A stretch of DNA of 64,000 nt from Camelus dromedarius. Lineage: Eukaryota. The notes under the pieces are model-generated. The model worked only from the letters and a program-made list of their open reading frames with translations, was not told where the DNA came from and made no database searches. Positions within the stretch are counted from its first letter, which is position 1. Each line of letters starts with the position of its first letter. The DNA is taken from positions 80,414,001-80,478,000 of the forward strand of contig NC_087444.1 of the NCBI RefSeq assembly GCF_036321535.1, written 5' to 3'. The translations under genes and the position numbers were made by a program. This document shows, in pieces, positions 31,231-42,200 of this stretch.

Positions 31231-31614
31231 CATCTAAGGGACCCCGGCCTCCAATGCTTTTGGACCCCAGGCACCTGGCAGCACCAGGCAGGGTTTTACT
31301 CCACTGGCCCCCTCACGGTAGAAGGGGGGCAGGGCAGGAGTTGGTGCGGGCTTTCCACTATGCTGCCTCACTGGGCAAGAAGCCACTGGTTACTGCATCC
31401 TGCCCCTCCCTTGTCCCAGGGTGGGATTCATCCCACTCAGCCTGTCACCACTCCTGGGGCTGCCCTAGGCACTGGGCAGCCTGCTGAGGGGTGCCCCAAT
31501 ACCACACGTGACCAAAGAACTCCCATCACTCTTGCTGCAGCAGCCCTGGTGGACATCACCTGCTCCTCCCACCCCACAAAAGGAAGAGGCAGAAGCCATG
31601 CAGTAACATTCCCC

Positions 31615-31620
31615 TTTAAT
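31615..31620 (-). terminator. ATTAAA polyadenylation signal, probably of UBE2M
   Basis: TTTAAT on +, about 355 nt past the UBE2M stop. Confidence 0.55.
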
Positions 31621-31974
31621 AGCCTGGTGGGACCTCCAGTGGTGTAGGGGTGGGGTGCTGGGTCCCCAGCCACCCAGTCCCCTTGGCCACCCACCCCAGA
31701 GCCCAGAGTAGGAGGGCTGGATAGCACCCAGCGGGGGGCTAGACAAGCCAATTCATTTCCCATCGCTGAGCGGGTCGGGGGAGGCAGCGCCGACCGTAAT
31801 CACATGGTGGTTAAAAAAAAAAAATAACTAGGAGCGGGTGGCAGGGAGGGGTGGCAGGCCAGGGCATGGGATTTCCCCACTGACCGCCCCATGCCCCCCA
31901 CCTGTGGCCCCCAATAAATATTTGCAGGGGATGCCAGGGCTGATGGCCCTGGCAGGGGCAGGTCTGCGCCAACC

Positions 31975-34232
31975 CTATTTCAGGCAGCGCTCGAAGTAGG
32001 TGGAGCCGATATAGCCACCCCGCATGGAGCGCTGCACATTCTGCTCAAACAGCCTCCGGTTGTTCTGCAGGACCTCGGCGGCCTCCTTGTTCAGTGGGTC
32101 TTCAGGGTTGGGCTCCTGTGGCCAGTATGGGTGGGGGTCAACAAACCCAAGGGGAAGAGGGCCAACCTCCACCCCTCCTCAGCCCCCTACCCCTACTCAC
32201 CAAGAAGAGATACTGCAGGCCATAAATTATGGAGTTTATCGTAAGGACTGGCTTCCAATCCTCTCTGTGGGCAGAGAGCATCATGGTCAGGGGCTGGTAA
32301 GTGGGCCGTCACCACAGGCCCTGTTGGGACCAGGCAGGTCGGGCCCAGGGCACAGGATAGTGTAGATGTGAGAGGCTAGGGGAAGGGTGCAGAGAACAGG
32401 CCAGGGAGAAAGCCAAGGTCAAACCACCAAAAAGAAAATGTGGCGATGAAGAGACAGAGGGACACAGACCACAAGTGGGATAGAAGGGACAGAGACTGGT
32501 GCAGTACAAGGCCATGAGGGGAGCTGGGCAGGCAGGATTAGGGGAGCAGTGGAGGGCTCATTAATGCCCTCACCTGAGGATGTTGAGGCAGACGTTGCCC
32601 TCGAGGTCAATGTTGGGGTGATAAACCATCGTCTCACACTTCACCTTGGGGGGGTCATGCGGGTAACCCTGGCCCACCTGGCTCCAGGAAAAGAGAGGGG
32701 AGGTGGATAGGTGTCCAGGCAGTGCCTGGCTGAGGCCTCAGCTGTTGCTTCCTCAGCCCCAGGAGCCACCGCTGCCCACCTGGGACTTACCTTAAAACTG
32801 AACACAAACTTCCCACTCTTATAGAAACCCTGTGAGGGAAGAGAAGAGGAGTTAGGACCCTTTCCTACAGGCGAACCAGGTATCCCTACTTCAGGTGGGA
32901 CCACCTGCTTGTGCCTGGGAGTCCAGTTGAGTGTGCCCTCACCTCATCAGGACAGATAACCAGCTTGAAGTTGAGGAGGTCGTCTGGATCTGAGAAGCTG
33001 ATGTCACAAGTCTTGGGCAGATTCAGCTCGTTTATGTCTGGGTTTGCACAGCAGAAAAGGGAAACAAAGAAATGAAAAGGGAGAGAGGAGGGTGCTCAGG
33101 GCAGGTGCAGGTGCCAGGAGAGCCCCTACTGCTTCCTCCAGGACCCTCAGGGCTCTTTCCTGGGCTATGGGCCACATCTCCAACCCTCTCCTTACTCCTT
33201 CTGCTCCCCAGTCTCCAGGCAGGCTTCTCTGGATTTACAGTACACCCTCAATGTGCATCTTCAACTCTGGGCCCAGGGTAAGCTCCAACTCTTCTGAATC
33301 CACAGCCCTAAGTCCCATAACCCAACAGCTGGGACCCCCCCGACCAATTCCCCAATGTCCCTACTCCCATGTGGCCCCCAGGAGCCTCTGACAACCCCAA
33401 ACCCAGGATCCCTGGCCATAGCCTCCACTATCTAGTGGAGACCCACCTGTCTGCCCAAACTCAAGGACCCTGTCCCCACCACATACCCTAAATAAATCAT
33501 CCCCCAACCAAACCCTGGTCCCCACTGTCCATCTACTATTCTCTCTGCCTGTCATCCCAAACCCAGGTTCCCATCTGACCCTCAGATCTGTAAGTCTCCA
33601 GCTCTCCTACCCTATACTACTCTGATTATAAGATTATCAGCATCTCCAGCATGATGGTCTAAACCCAACCTTACTCTTACTTCTAATCTCTGGTACACAC
33701 TGTCGTTCCCTCCTTCTCCTGTCACCCCGAAACCCAAATTGCCATGTGACCCCCCGAATCCCAGGCCCCGGAACCTACTTCACCTTCTCTGACTCTCAGA
33801 TTCCCAGTGACCCCAGCATTAATACGCTGAATCTTCTCCCACGTCAACCCCCCCATCGCCAGCCCCCATTAGCCCTATATCCTGTGCCTGTCACCCAGGT
33901 TCCTGTCTGACCTCCTGACTCTTGAGAGTCCCCGGTAACCCCTCCTCCACCGCCTGACCCTCAGATTCTTGGTCCCTAATTTCAGACGCCTGGCTTTTCA
34001 AATACCCTCCTCGGTCCCCCCCATCTCTGACCGTCCACTGACTGTATTACCAGTCCTGATCCCCCAATACCCAAGCCCTGATTTCCGACCTCTCACATCC
34101 GCGGCCCCCCATTTCTGACATCTCTGACCCCTGGCGACCGCATTACCCCACACCTGACTTCTACATCACCCCAACCCAGGCGCTGATCTCCGACCCCCCA
34201 CCCCATCTGCCGACCCCCTACCCTTCTGAATC
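31975..34232 (-). CDS. UBE2M: NEDD8-conjugating enzyme Ubc12; exons (-) [exon 1 mostly in the N-gap, visible 34222-34232], 32943-33037, 32791-32829, 32574-32677, 32201-32264, 31975-32115
   Basis: ...IQK|[32 protein letters not shown]|[13 protein letters not shown]|[35 protein letters not shown]|EDWKPVLT...|[16 protein letters not shown]...YFERCLK*. The start codon falls in the gap. Confidence 0.96.
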
Positions 34233-34372
34233 NNNNNNNNNNNNNNNNNNNNNNNNNNNNNNNNNNNNNNNNNNNNNNNNNNNNNNNNNNNNNNNNNNNN
34301 NNNNNNNNNNNNNNNNNNNNNNNNNNNNNNNNNNNNNNNNNNNNNNNNNNNNNNNNNNNNNNNNNNNNNNNN
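34233..34372. other. Assembly gap (140 N) hiding the UBE2M start codon
   Basis: Run of N directly upstream (on -) of GATTCAGAAGG|GT. Confidence 1.
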
Positions 34373-35960
34373 CCGACCACCCGGCCCCCCGCCGCCGCCC
34401 GCGCCGCCTCCGCCACTCGGACCCGCCGCCGCGGCCTCCTCGGCTGCTGCCGCCGCCCGCCCGGCCTGCCGCGCCGCTCCGCTCCGCGCCCACCGCGCGG
34501 CCCGCGTCGGCTCCCGTAGTCCGGCTCCGGCCTGGCCCGCCGCCTCGGGCTCGCTCGGCGGCGCTCGGGCCCACTCGGCTGTTCTCGGGCCCGCTCGGCC
34601 CCGCCCCCACCCGCCGCTCCTTCCTCCCACTGGCCCGCTCCGGTCTCAGGCTTAGCTGAGGTTGCCGACGCGGGGTCCTTAGGCCGCGCTGCTGGCCCGC
34701 TCACTCGCACCCTCCGCGAGGGGGGTGCGGTTCGAGGTGGAAAGGGGAGGCGGGGGCCGCGGTGATGGCGGCCCTGTATTGGAGGACGGTGGGCTTCCGC
34801 GGTAACAGCAGCTTCGGCGGGGAGGTCCGCAACGGCCTCGGGCGCCCCACCACTTCGGGTATTTCCGCCGCCTGCCCGCTTCGGCTCTTCCCGCCCGGCC
34901 TGCGGTGTGCGCCTGCGCAGCCGCCGCCGCCCTGTGTAGCGCCCCGTTGGGACTTGGGGATCGGGCTCCTTCGGCTCGGCTCGGGTATTTCCGTTAGTGC
35001 GGGCCGTCCCGCGGTCACTTCCGGGGACGCCTTGGGGTCTTGGGAAGGGGCGGTGCCGCCGCCATCTTTAAGTGGGGCAGATGTGGTCGCTTTACTTGCG
35101 GGTTCAGCCATTCCCACTTGCTAGCGTGCAGACGGCGTCGGAAGTGGGACAGACGAGATAGTTGCCCCCGGAGGTCACAGAATGAGGCTGGGTGATCGTT
35201 GCGGGCCAGAGCCTGGGCAAGGGCAAGGGCGTGGGCCAGAGCCTGGACAAGGCCAGGGGTGTTGCCCAGAGGGTGCGGGGTGCAGCACATCCCATCGCAA
35301 ACCCAAAGAACCCGCTCGCGGAGACTCTGGTTGAGGTAAACTAACAAATAAAACATGCATTGTACAGGAGAGTGGTAAGCACTGTGGAGGTTTATACGGG
35401 CTGACAGTTGGAGGACGGAATGTGGGGCGGCGCCGCTCTCGGCGCGAGTCGTAAGTTCCAGCGGAGGCGTCCTACGACCTTCGCCTTCTGCGCCAACGGT
35501 GTGGGCGGGCCAGCCTCCGCTCCAATCAGAGCTCAGCCTGCCTCGCCGGGCTGGAGGAAGCGGTGTCGAGCGGGTTTGCGACTTCTGTCTGTCAGGCGGT
35601 TAGCGGCGTTCTGACGGCGGTTCCCGGCTAGGGGCCCGGCTCTGCCCTTCAGCTCAACCCCGTCCGAGTGAGGCTCCTGCCCATGTCCCATCCCGTCACT
35701 GGGGCAACGTGCCACCAGGGAAGATCGCCTGGAGCACTGTGGGAGTAGTCCCGGCAGCCCAGCCTGGCCTGCGGTGGGGGCGGGCAGGCGCGTCCTTGGC
35801 TTTCTCTTGGCGAACGACCCCGGCCCCATCCTCATCCCGGAGAGTCGTCTCCAACTCTTGGGGTTTTGGTTTGACGTCCATCCCGGCCCCAGCCTCCTCG
35901 GAGGCCTTGCGTGGGTACCCTCGGCGTCCTTGGCCCCGTGGACTGAGCCCAGCCGTGTCT
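34373..35960. promoter_or_regulatory. CpG-island promoter of UBE2M, possibly bidirectional
   Basis: CpG-rich; YY1 motif GCCGCCATCTT at 35058-35068; ETS ACTTCCGG near 35018. Confidence 0.75.
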
Positions 35961-38900
35961 GTACAGCTGTCGCCCCTTTTGGCCCTTCCGTTCTCCATCC
36001 ACCATCCCAGGCGCCCCCTTTAGCCCTCTACTCGTCCTAGCTATACACTCCCTTGAGAGCTGAGTGCTGGAGAGGCGCCGAGGTGAGGATTAATACCCAG
36101 AGCTGATATGATTGCAACCATCCCAGGGGGTCTCACGCTTCAGACATGGTTGATCCTGGGACCCACAGAGCCCCTTCAGACTTAATTTCTCTCTTCCTCT
36201 ATCCCTTCCTCTCCATTCTTCTCACCTGCTCTGCTCTTGCTGCTGCTGCTGTTGATGATTCTTTTTTGTATAGGACGTCTCCACATGAGAGTTGATGACC
36301 ATTCTGCAGTTTTCAGCCAAAGCCTCCGGTGGTTTCTGTTGCCCAGTCTGATTCATGTGTGCATTCTCGGGCCAGTTGCTGAGGCCCTTTAATTAAGGTC
36401 CCATCTAGGGATGTGATATTCACTGCCTGGAAAGGTGACACTGGAGTAACCAAAGCTAGACTTGTGTGATATCTGATCTTGTGGCTTCCCCGCCATCTGG
36501 TGGGGAAGACTTGAGCATGCAACAAAGTGCTGGGCAGAGGGGGCCATGGTGTCCAGACCAGGAAGGAGGCAATAGCCTAACTGGGGCAGGACTGGAAGTG
36601 GTGCAGCTAAGCTGTATATTCCTTGTCACTCTCATGGCAACCCAAGTGGCAGAGAGGCACAGGTGGCTTGGGTGGCAAGGGTGCCTGTAGCCCCTGGGCC
36701 TGCAGCCTCTTAGGAGGCAGCACAGGGTTCAGCATGTGCAAAGGCCTGAGGGAAGCTGGGGCCAGTACCTTGGAGAGACTAGGCAGAACGTGCTGGGCGA
36801 GTTGTGAGGGTGGAAGTGCATCTCAGGGTGGTAGAGTAGCCTCTGGGAGTGGGAAGAAAGGGTCTGCTTTGGGAATGAGGGACCAGGAGGTGGCAGGGAG
36901 TGGAGGTTGAGTGCTGTGGGCATCCAGGCTGGAGATGGATGGCTGGGATCAGAATGGAGCTCAGGGGTGAAGAGAATTGGATAGATTTGGGAGAGAACAG
37001 TATGGGCTCAGGTACAGACAGTCCAGGGACAGGGTGGCTGGGCACTGTTGTAGCTTTCTTGGATGACCAGTGCTTGGGTATTCCTCCCATGGCTCTGGCC
37101 AGGTGGGGCCGAGTGGTCATCTGTCCAAGCCCTCAGCGCTGCTCACAGTATGGTAACAGTTGGGTTTTCAACCTGCAGCCACATAACTAGAGTGCAGAGG
37201 TGTCCCAGGCCATCTGCAGAAAGGAGCTCTCATGGGCAGCTTTCACATAGCTGTTCATGGTTATTTCTTTTCGGCTGGTCTGGCAGGTAGGTCCATGGAC
37301 TTCTCACAGCTTCTGGTGTGGGGCCCTGGCTGAATGTCTCCATGTTTTTCATGTTTGTCCTGATTTTTCCTGTGTGGAGTATCATGTTTTTAAGTAGCTC
37401 TATCTGCACAGATTTCCCTTCATGTTCTTCACAACATGAAGGTGATCAAAGATGACAGCTTTCTTGTTCTTTTTGTTTGTCATTATAAAAATCACACAAT
37501 CTTGTAGAAAGTCCACATTACAGGATTTATAAAGTTCTGGCAACATTCCTCCAACCGGAGACCACTAGCTGACTCAGTGTTCATTCATGTGTCTTCCTTG
37601 ATGCAATACTCCCAGCCTCTCCCCACCTTCCTCTCCCTTCTGATTTTACCTATCCCAGACCAGGTTTCTTAGAATCCCCTTTGTGGTCAGAGAGAAGAGT
37701 GAGTGCTGTCAAAGGGCCCAGGGGACCTCCGGCCCTCCCCTGCCCTGGATTGTGCCACACAGCAGGCGTGCCCCTGCAGGAGGAAGTGCTGGCTTTGCCA
37801 GAGACAGTGGAGGCCAGAGTGGCTCTGGTCCTGGATGGCACTAGGCCGGCAGGGAGGTGGAGAGAGGAAAGGAGTAGGGAGGGGAGGAAGGGGAGGAAGG
37901 GGGCCGAGGCAGGGAGCATACCTTCCCTAGCATGATGGGTGGAAGCCCCTGACTCAGGCTGGCTTGTCTTTCCCTGATCCAGGGCCAGTCTTGTGGAGGT
38001 CAAGGTGACTTACAGTGGCCAGGGAAGGTCCAGCTGCACTTCTGGAAGAAGCTTGGACACACAGGCCTGGAAAGGCTGTTCCTGGAACTGTCTAGGACAA
38101 GGGCAGCCTGACATCTGCCTAAAGTGGGGTTTAAGTCCCAAGCCAGACCCTGCTGCATGAAGACCCCCTCTTTGGAACTGCTTCTTACCCCTTGTCTCTG
38201 GCACTAACAGCACCCACTGGTTGGGTGGGGGGCTGTGTCAAGAGCCTGAGCAATGGGATGGAAGAGGAAGATAGGGCAAAAGAAGCAATGGCATAGGAAA
38301 AGGCTGGAGGATTCTAGAGATACCTGCCCTCGAGTCTGCAGGATAGTGAACATGCACTGGCAGCGTCTGTCGGTTTTTATGTAAGCTGCTGCCAGCTGTG
38401 TTTCCTGACTTGCTATGGAATGTACTCCTGATGAAGACCTCCCAGTGTGCGGGGCCAGGGAGGGGCGAGAACGGCCCACAATGGGAACGATCACTAGAGG
38501 GCTGTGGAACTGGCCCTGAGCCTGCAGCCAACTTTGGTTCACAGACTGGATGCCGTCCCATCCTAAGCTCCCCCCACCCCCATCACCTGCGGGTAGTAAA
38601 CATGTGGGAATGGGGGAAAGCCCCACAAGAATATGAATTCCCAGATACAACCTTGAAGCTTTTACACCTAAGAAATGCCTTCCTAGGTTTAAAATTTCAT
38701 GAACACATCCTCAGGCTGGCTCCAGCCTGCTGGGCACCAGTTTGATAATTCTGCTGTGCCTGATGACCGCCAGCTGGGGAAAGCTGTGCCAGCCCAGGTC
38801 CTCCCCTGGCAGTCGGCTTGGCCAGCGGAGATATGGGTCAAAAGCAACATGGACAAACAGCACAGGAGTCCCTGTGCAAGGGGGGCACCCCAAGACCTGG

Positions 38901-39060
38901 GCAGGCGCCGCTCGAGGGGCCACCACTGCAGGGGGCCATGGCTGTTACTGGAACTGTGTGGTTGCAGAGGAAGTGGTGGATGGGTGAGGTAGGCAGAAAG
39001 GAAACCACGCGGACAGGGAGGCACCTACTGGGTGAAGATCCAGACGCAGATTCTGCGTGC

Positions 39061-39190
39061 TGTTTATTGAGCACCTACTGGTCGCCAGGCCCTAAGAGGA
39101 TGGGCTGGTACCCATGCCATCGCAGGCCTCACAACAAACCTGTGAGGTAGGTATTCTGCACCCAGGCTCCTGCACAGAGGACCAAGGTGA
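39061..39190. mobile_element. Degenerate MIR-like SINE carrying the probable MZF1 poly(A) signal (AATAAA on -, 39063-39068)
   Basis: tttattgagcacctac...ctcacaacaaacctgtgaggtaggtatt is MIR-like; 154 nt past the MZF1 stop. Confidence 0.5.
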
Positions 39191-39221
39191 AGGCAGAGAG
39201 TGGGTGCAGCCGGCACTGGCT

Positions 39222-42200
39222 TTACTCCGCGCTGTGGACACGCTGGTGCTGGATGAGCTTGGTGCTCTGGTGGAAGCGGCGGCCACAGTCCTGGCAAGCG
39301 AAGGGCTTCTCGCGCCTGTGGGTGCGCAGGTGCTGTGTAAGCGTGGGCCTCTGGCGGAAGGCCTTGCCGCACTCAGGGCAGGCGTAGGGCCGCTCGCCCG
39401 TGTGGATGCGCCGGTGTTGTGTGAGATTGGCGTGCTGCCGGAAGCTCTGGCCACACTCCGGGCAGGCGAAGGGCCGCTCGCCCGTATGGATGCGCTGGTG
39501 CTCGGTGAGCCTGGAGACCTGCGTGAAGCCTAGGCCGCACTCGTTGCAGTGGTAGGGCTTCTCGCCTGTGTGCGTCCGCTGGTGGCGGGTGAGCTTCAGA
39601 CGCTGGCTGAAGCGCTGGCCGCACTCCGGGCAGGCGAAGGGCTTCTCGCCTGTGTGGACGCGCAGGTGCTGCGTGAGCGTGGGCCGCTGGCGGAAGGCCT
39701 TGCCGCATTCGGCGCAGGTGAAGGGCCGCTCGCCTGTGTGGATGCGCCGGTGCTGCGTGAGGTTGGAGCGCTGCCGGAAGCTCTGGCCGCACTCGGCACA
39801 GGCGAAGGGGCGCTCGCTGCTGTGTACGCGCCGGTGCTGCAGCAGCACTGAACGGCGGCCGAAGCGCTCGCCGCACTCCACGCAGCCGAAGGACTTGTTG
39901 CCAGTGTGCACCGCCTGGTGCTCCAGCAGCACGGCACGCCGAGCGAAGCTCTCACGGCACTCGCTGCAAGGGAAGGGGCCTGGGGGCTCAGGTGCGCCTG
40001 GAGGCGCGGGAGGTGTCGCGCCGGGGCCTGGGGGGTCGCCGTGGATGCGTTGGTGCTGCAGCAGGTTGGAGCGCTGCCGGAAGCTCTGGCCGCACTCGGA
40101 GCAGTGGAAGGGCTGCTCGCCCGTGTGCACGCGCCGGTGCTCCTCCAGGCGCGCGCTGCGAACGAAGCCCTGGCCGCAGTCGCCACACACGAACGGCCGC
40201 TCCTCGGTGTGAGTAAGCTGGTGGCGCAGCAAGTGCGAGCTCCGGCTGAAGCTGCGGCCGCACTCGCCGCACACGAACGGCCGCTCTCCCGTGTGTATCT
40301 TCTGGTGCCTCAGCAGGTTGCTGCGTTGGCTGAACACCTTCCCGCACACGTCGCAACGGCCACCTCGCACGGCTCCACCGCCTGTGCTGGGGCGACCCCG
40401 ACCCCGGCTCCGGCCCCTGGGGGCGCGCCAGCGAGCAGCGGCCAGCCCCGGGCCCACGCCCTGGCAGGCGTCATTGGTGAGGCCCTGCTCAGCTACTGGG
40501 CCGCTAGGGAGCACAAGCGCTTGTGAGAAGCCACCTTCGCGGGAGGGCGATTCGAGTCGGCCCCTGAGGCTGGCTACGCCGAGGTCCCAGGGGATGTGGA
40601 GGTGGGGGCTCACAGTGCCCGGGCCAACAGAAACACTGTCCATCTGGAGTGTAAATCCTGCATTGCACAAGGAGACCCCTCACTCATGATGGAACCCACT
40701 TGTCCCCGGACCCACTCCAGCCCTGGGGAAAGGGTATCAAGTAGAGCAACCTGAATCTGACCAAGGAGGCGGGACAGACGTGGTGCTGCTGGGGCGGGGA
40801 TTCTATCCAGGCAGGCTTTCCTAAGGAGGTGACAACTAGACAGAACCTTGCCGGAGGTGGAAGACTGAAAAGCTGGGGACGACCTCTATAGATCTGACTT
40901 GGGTTTGCAAAACTGCCTTTCTGGAAGGGCAAAAGTCGGGCAGGTGGCCACTGCACTGTCTAGGTGGTGATGGTTGCCACAAATGCAGAGGAGTGGGTTG
41001 GTCTGAGGGAGGCTGAAAAAGTGGAGCCAACAGGAAGGGAATGAGGGACGGGAGGGAGGCAGGGGATACAGGCGCCAGGACTTTTGCCTGTGGTGCCTTG
41101 CCTGAGATGCCCACGGGGCGTCTGAGGGACCGACACCACGTGCAGGCTGTGTGGCACAGAATTTAGGGGCCCAGTCTTCAGAGAAATGTGAACGTGGGTG
41201 CCATGGCATGTACATGGCACATGGAGCCCTGGGCCTGCCTGTGATCAAAGAGGGGTGGGTGTCTGGAGGAAAGGAGCAGGTCTCAGCCATGCTGTAAGCA
41301 GGCCATCATCCGAGGCTGGGTGAGGGAGGAGGTGCGGGCGGAGGCAACAGACAAGGAGGAAGCCCCGAAGAAGTTAAACCAGGGAGACTGAGATAGCAGC
41401 AAGGGCTTCCGTAGGTGACAGAAAACGCGTATGCTGTCAAAGAAAACTCAGACAAATTATACTGCATCAGAGGCAATCATTTGTGCTCAGCAAAAACAAC
41501 CTTGGAGTCAAAAAATGAATGACAAACTGAGAAACTCTCCAGAGGCAAAGGGCCAGTTAACAAAAGTAAACGGTGCCCACCAATCAACAAGAAAAACCAA
41601 CGACCTGACAAAGGACAGGAAGAGGAAATGTAACTGAGGCTTAAATCCCTTAAAATACGCCCAGTCCCCTCCTAATAAGAAAACCGCGTCTTAGAGCCGT
41701 ACTCCAGGAACCTAGGCATCTGTGTGCATTGCTGGTGAGCATAAACAGAAGCCAGGGTGGCAAAATACATCAAAATGACAAATTTCCCACAATCTGATCC
41801 AGCAATTTCACTTCTAGGTACTTCTCTGACAGTTGTGTTTCCCCCGTGGGAAATGACCTGTGTAGGTGGTTTCTCGGTTCTCACTGAAAAATGACCCAAA
41901 GGAATGTCAGTAGGAGTCTGGGCGGATAAACAGGGGTGCCCCTAGTGACCATACCCAGGCTCTACGCCGCTGTCCAGAGAGGGCGCTGGCTGCCATGTGT
42001 TGAGGTGGGAAGATGCCCGGAAAATGTCAGGTGTGGAACAGGTGAAGATTAAGTATGGATTTATGTTTTAAAGACCGGAAACGAGTATACGTCTGAATTT
42101 GTGTTTGTTTTTCTATACACAGAACCCTTCTGGAAGGACACACCGAAAACTGGTGATGCGAGCTGTTGGGAAGCAGGACTGTGTGACACCAGCAGGGGAG

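Noticed and set aside
31912-31917. Plus-strand AATAAA as a poly(A) site
   Set aside because: It lies in the UBE2M 3' UTR on the opposite strand, and no plus-strand gene ends here.
39114-40689. Several ORFs antisense or off-frame to the MZF1 zinc-finger exon
   Set aside because: Shadow frames of a periodic C2H2 array.
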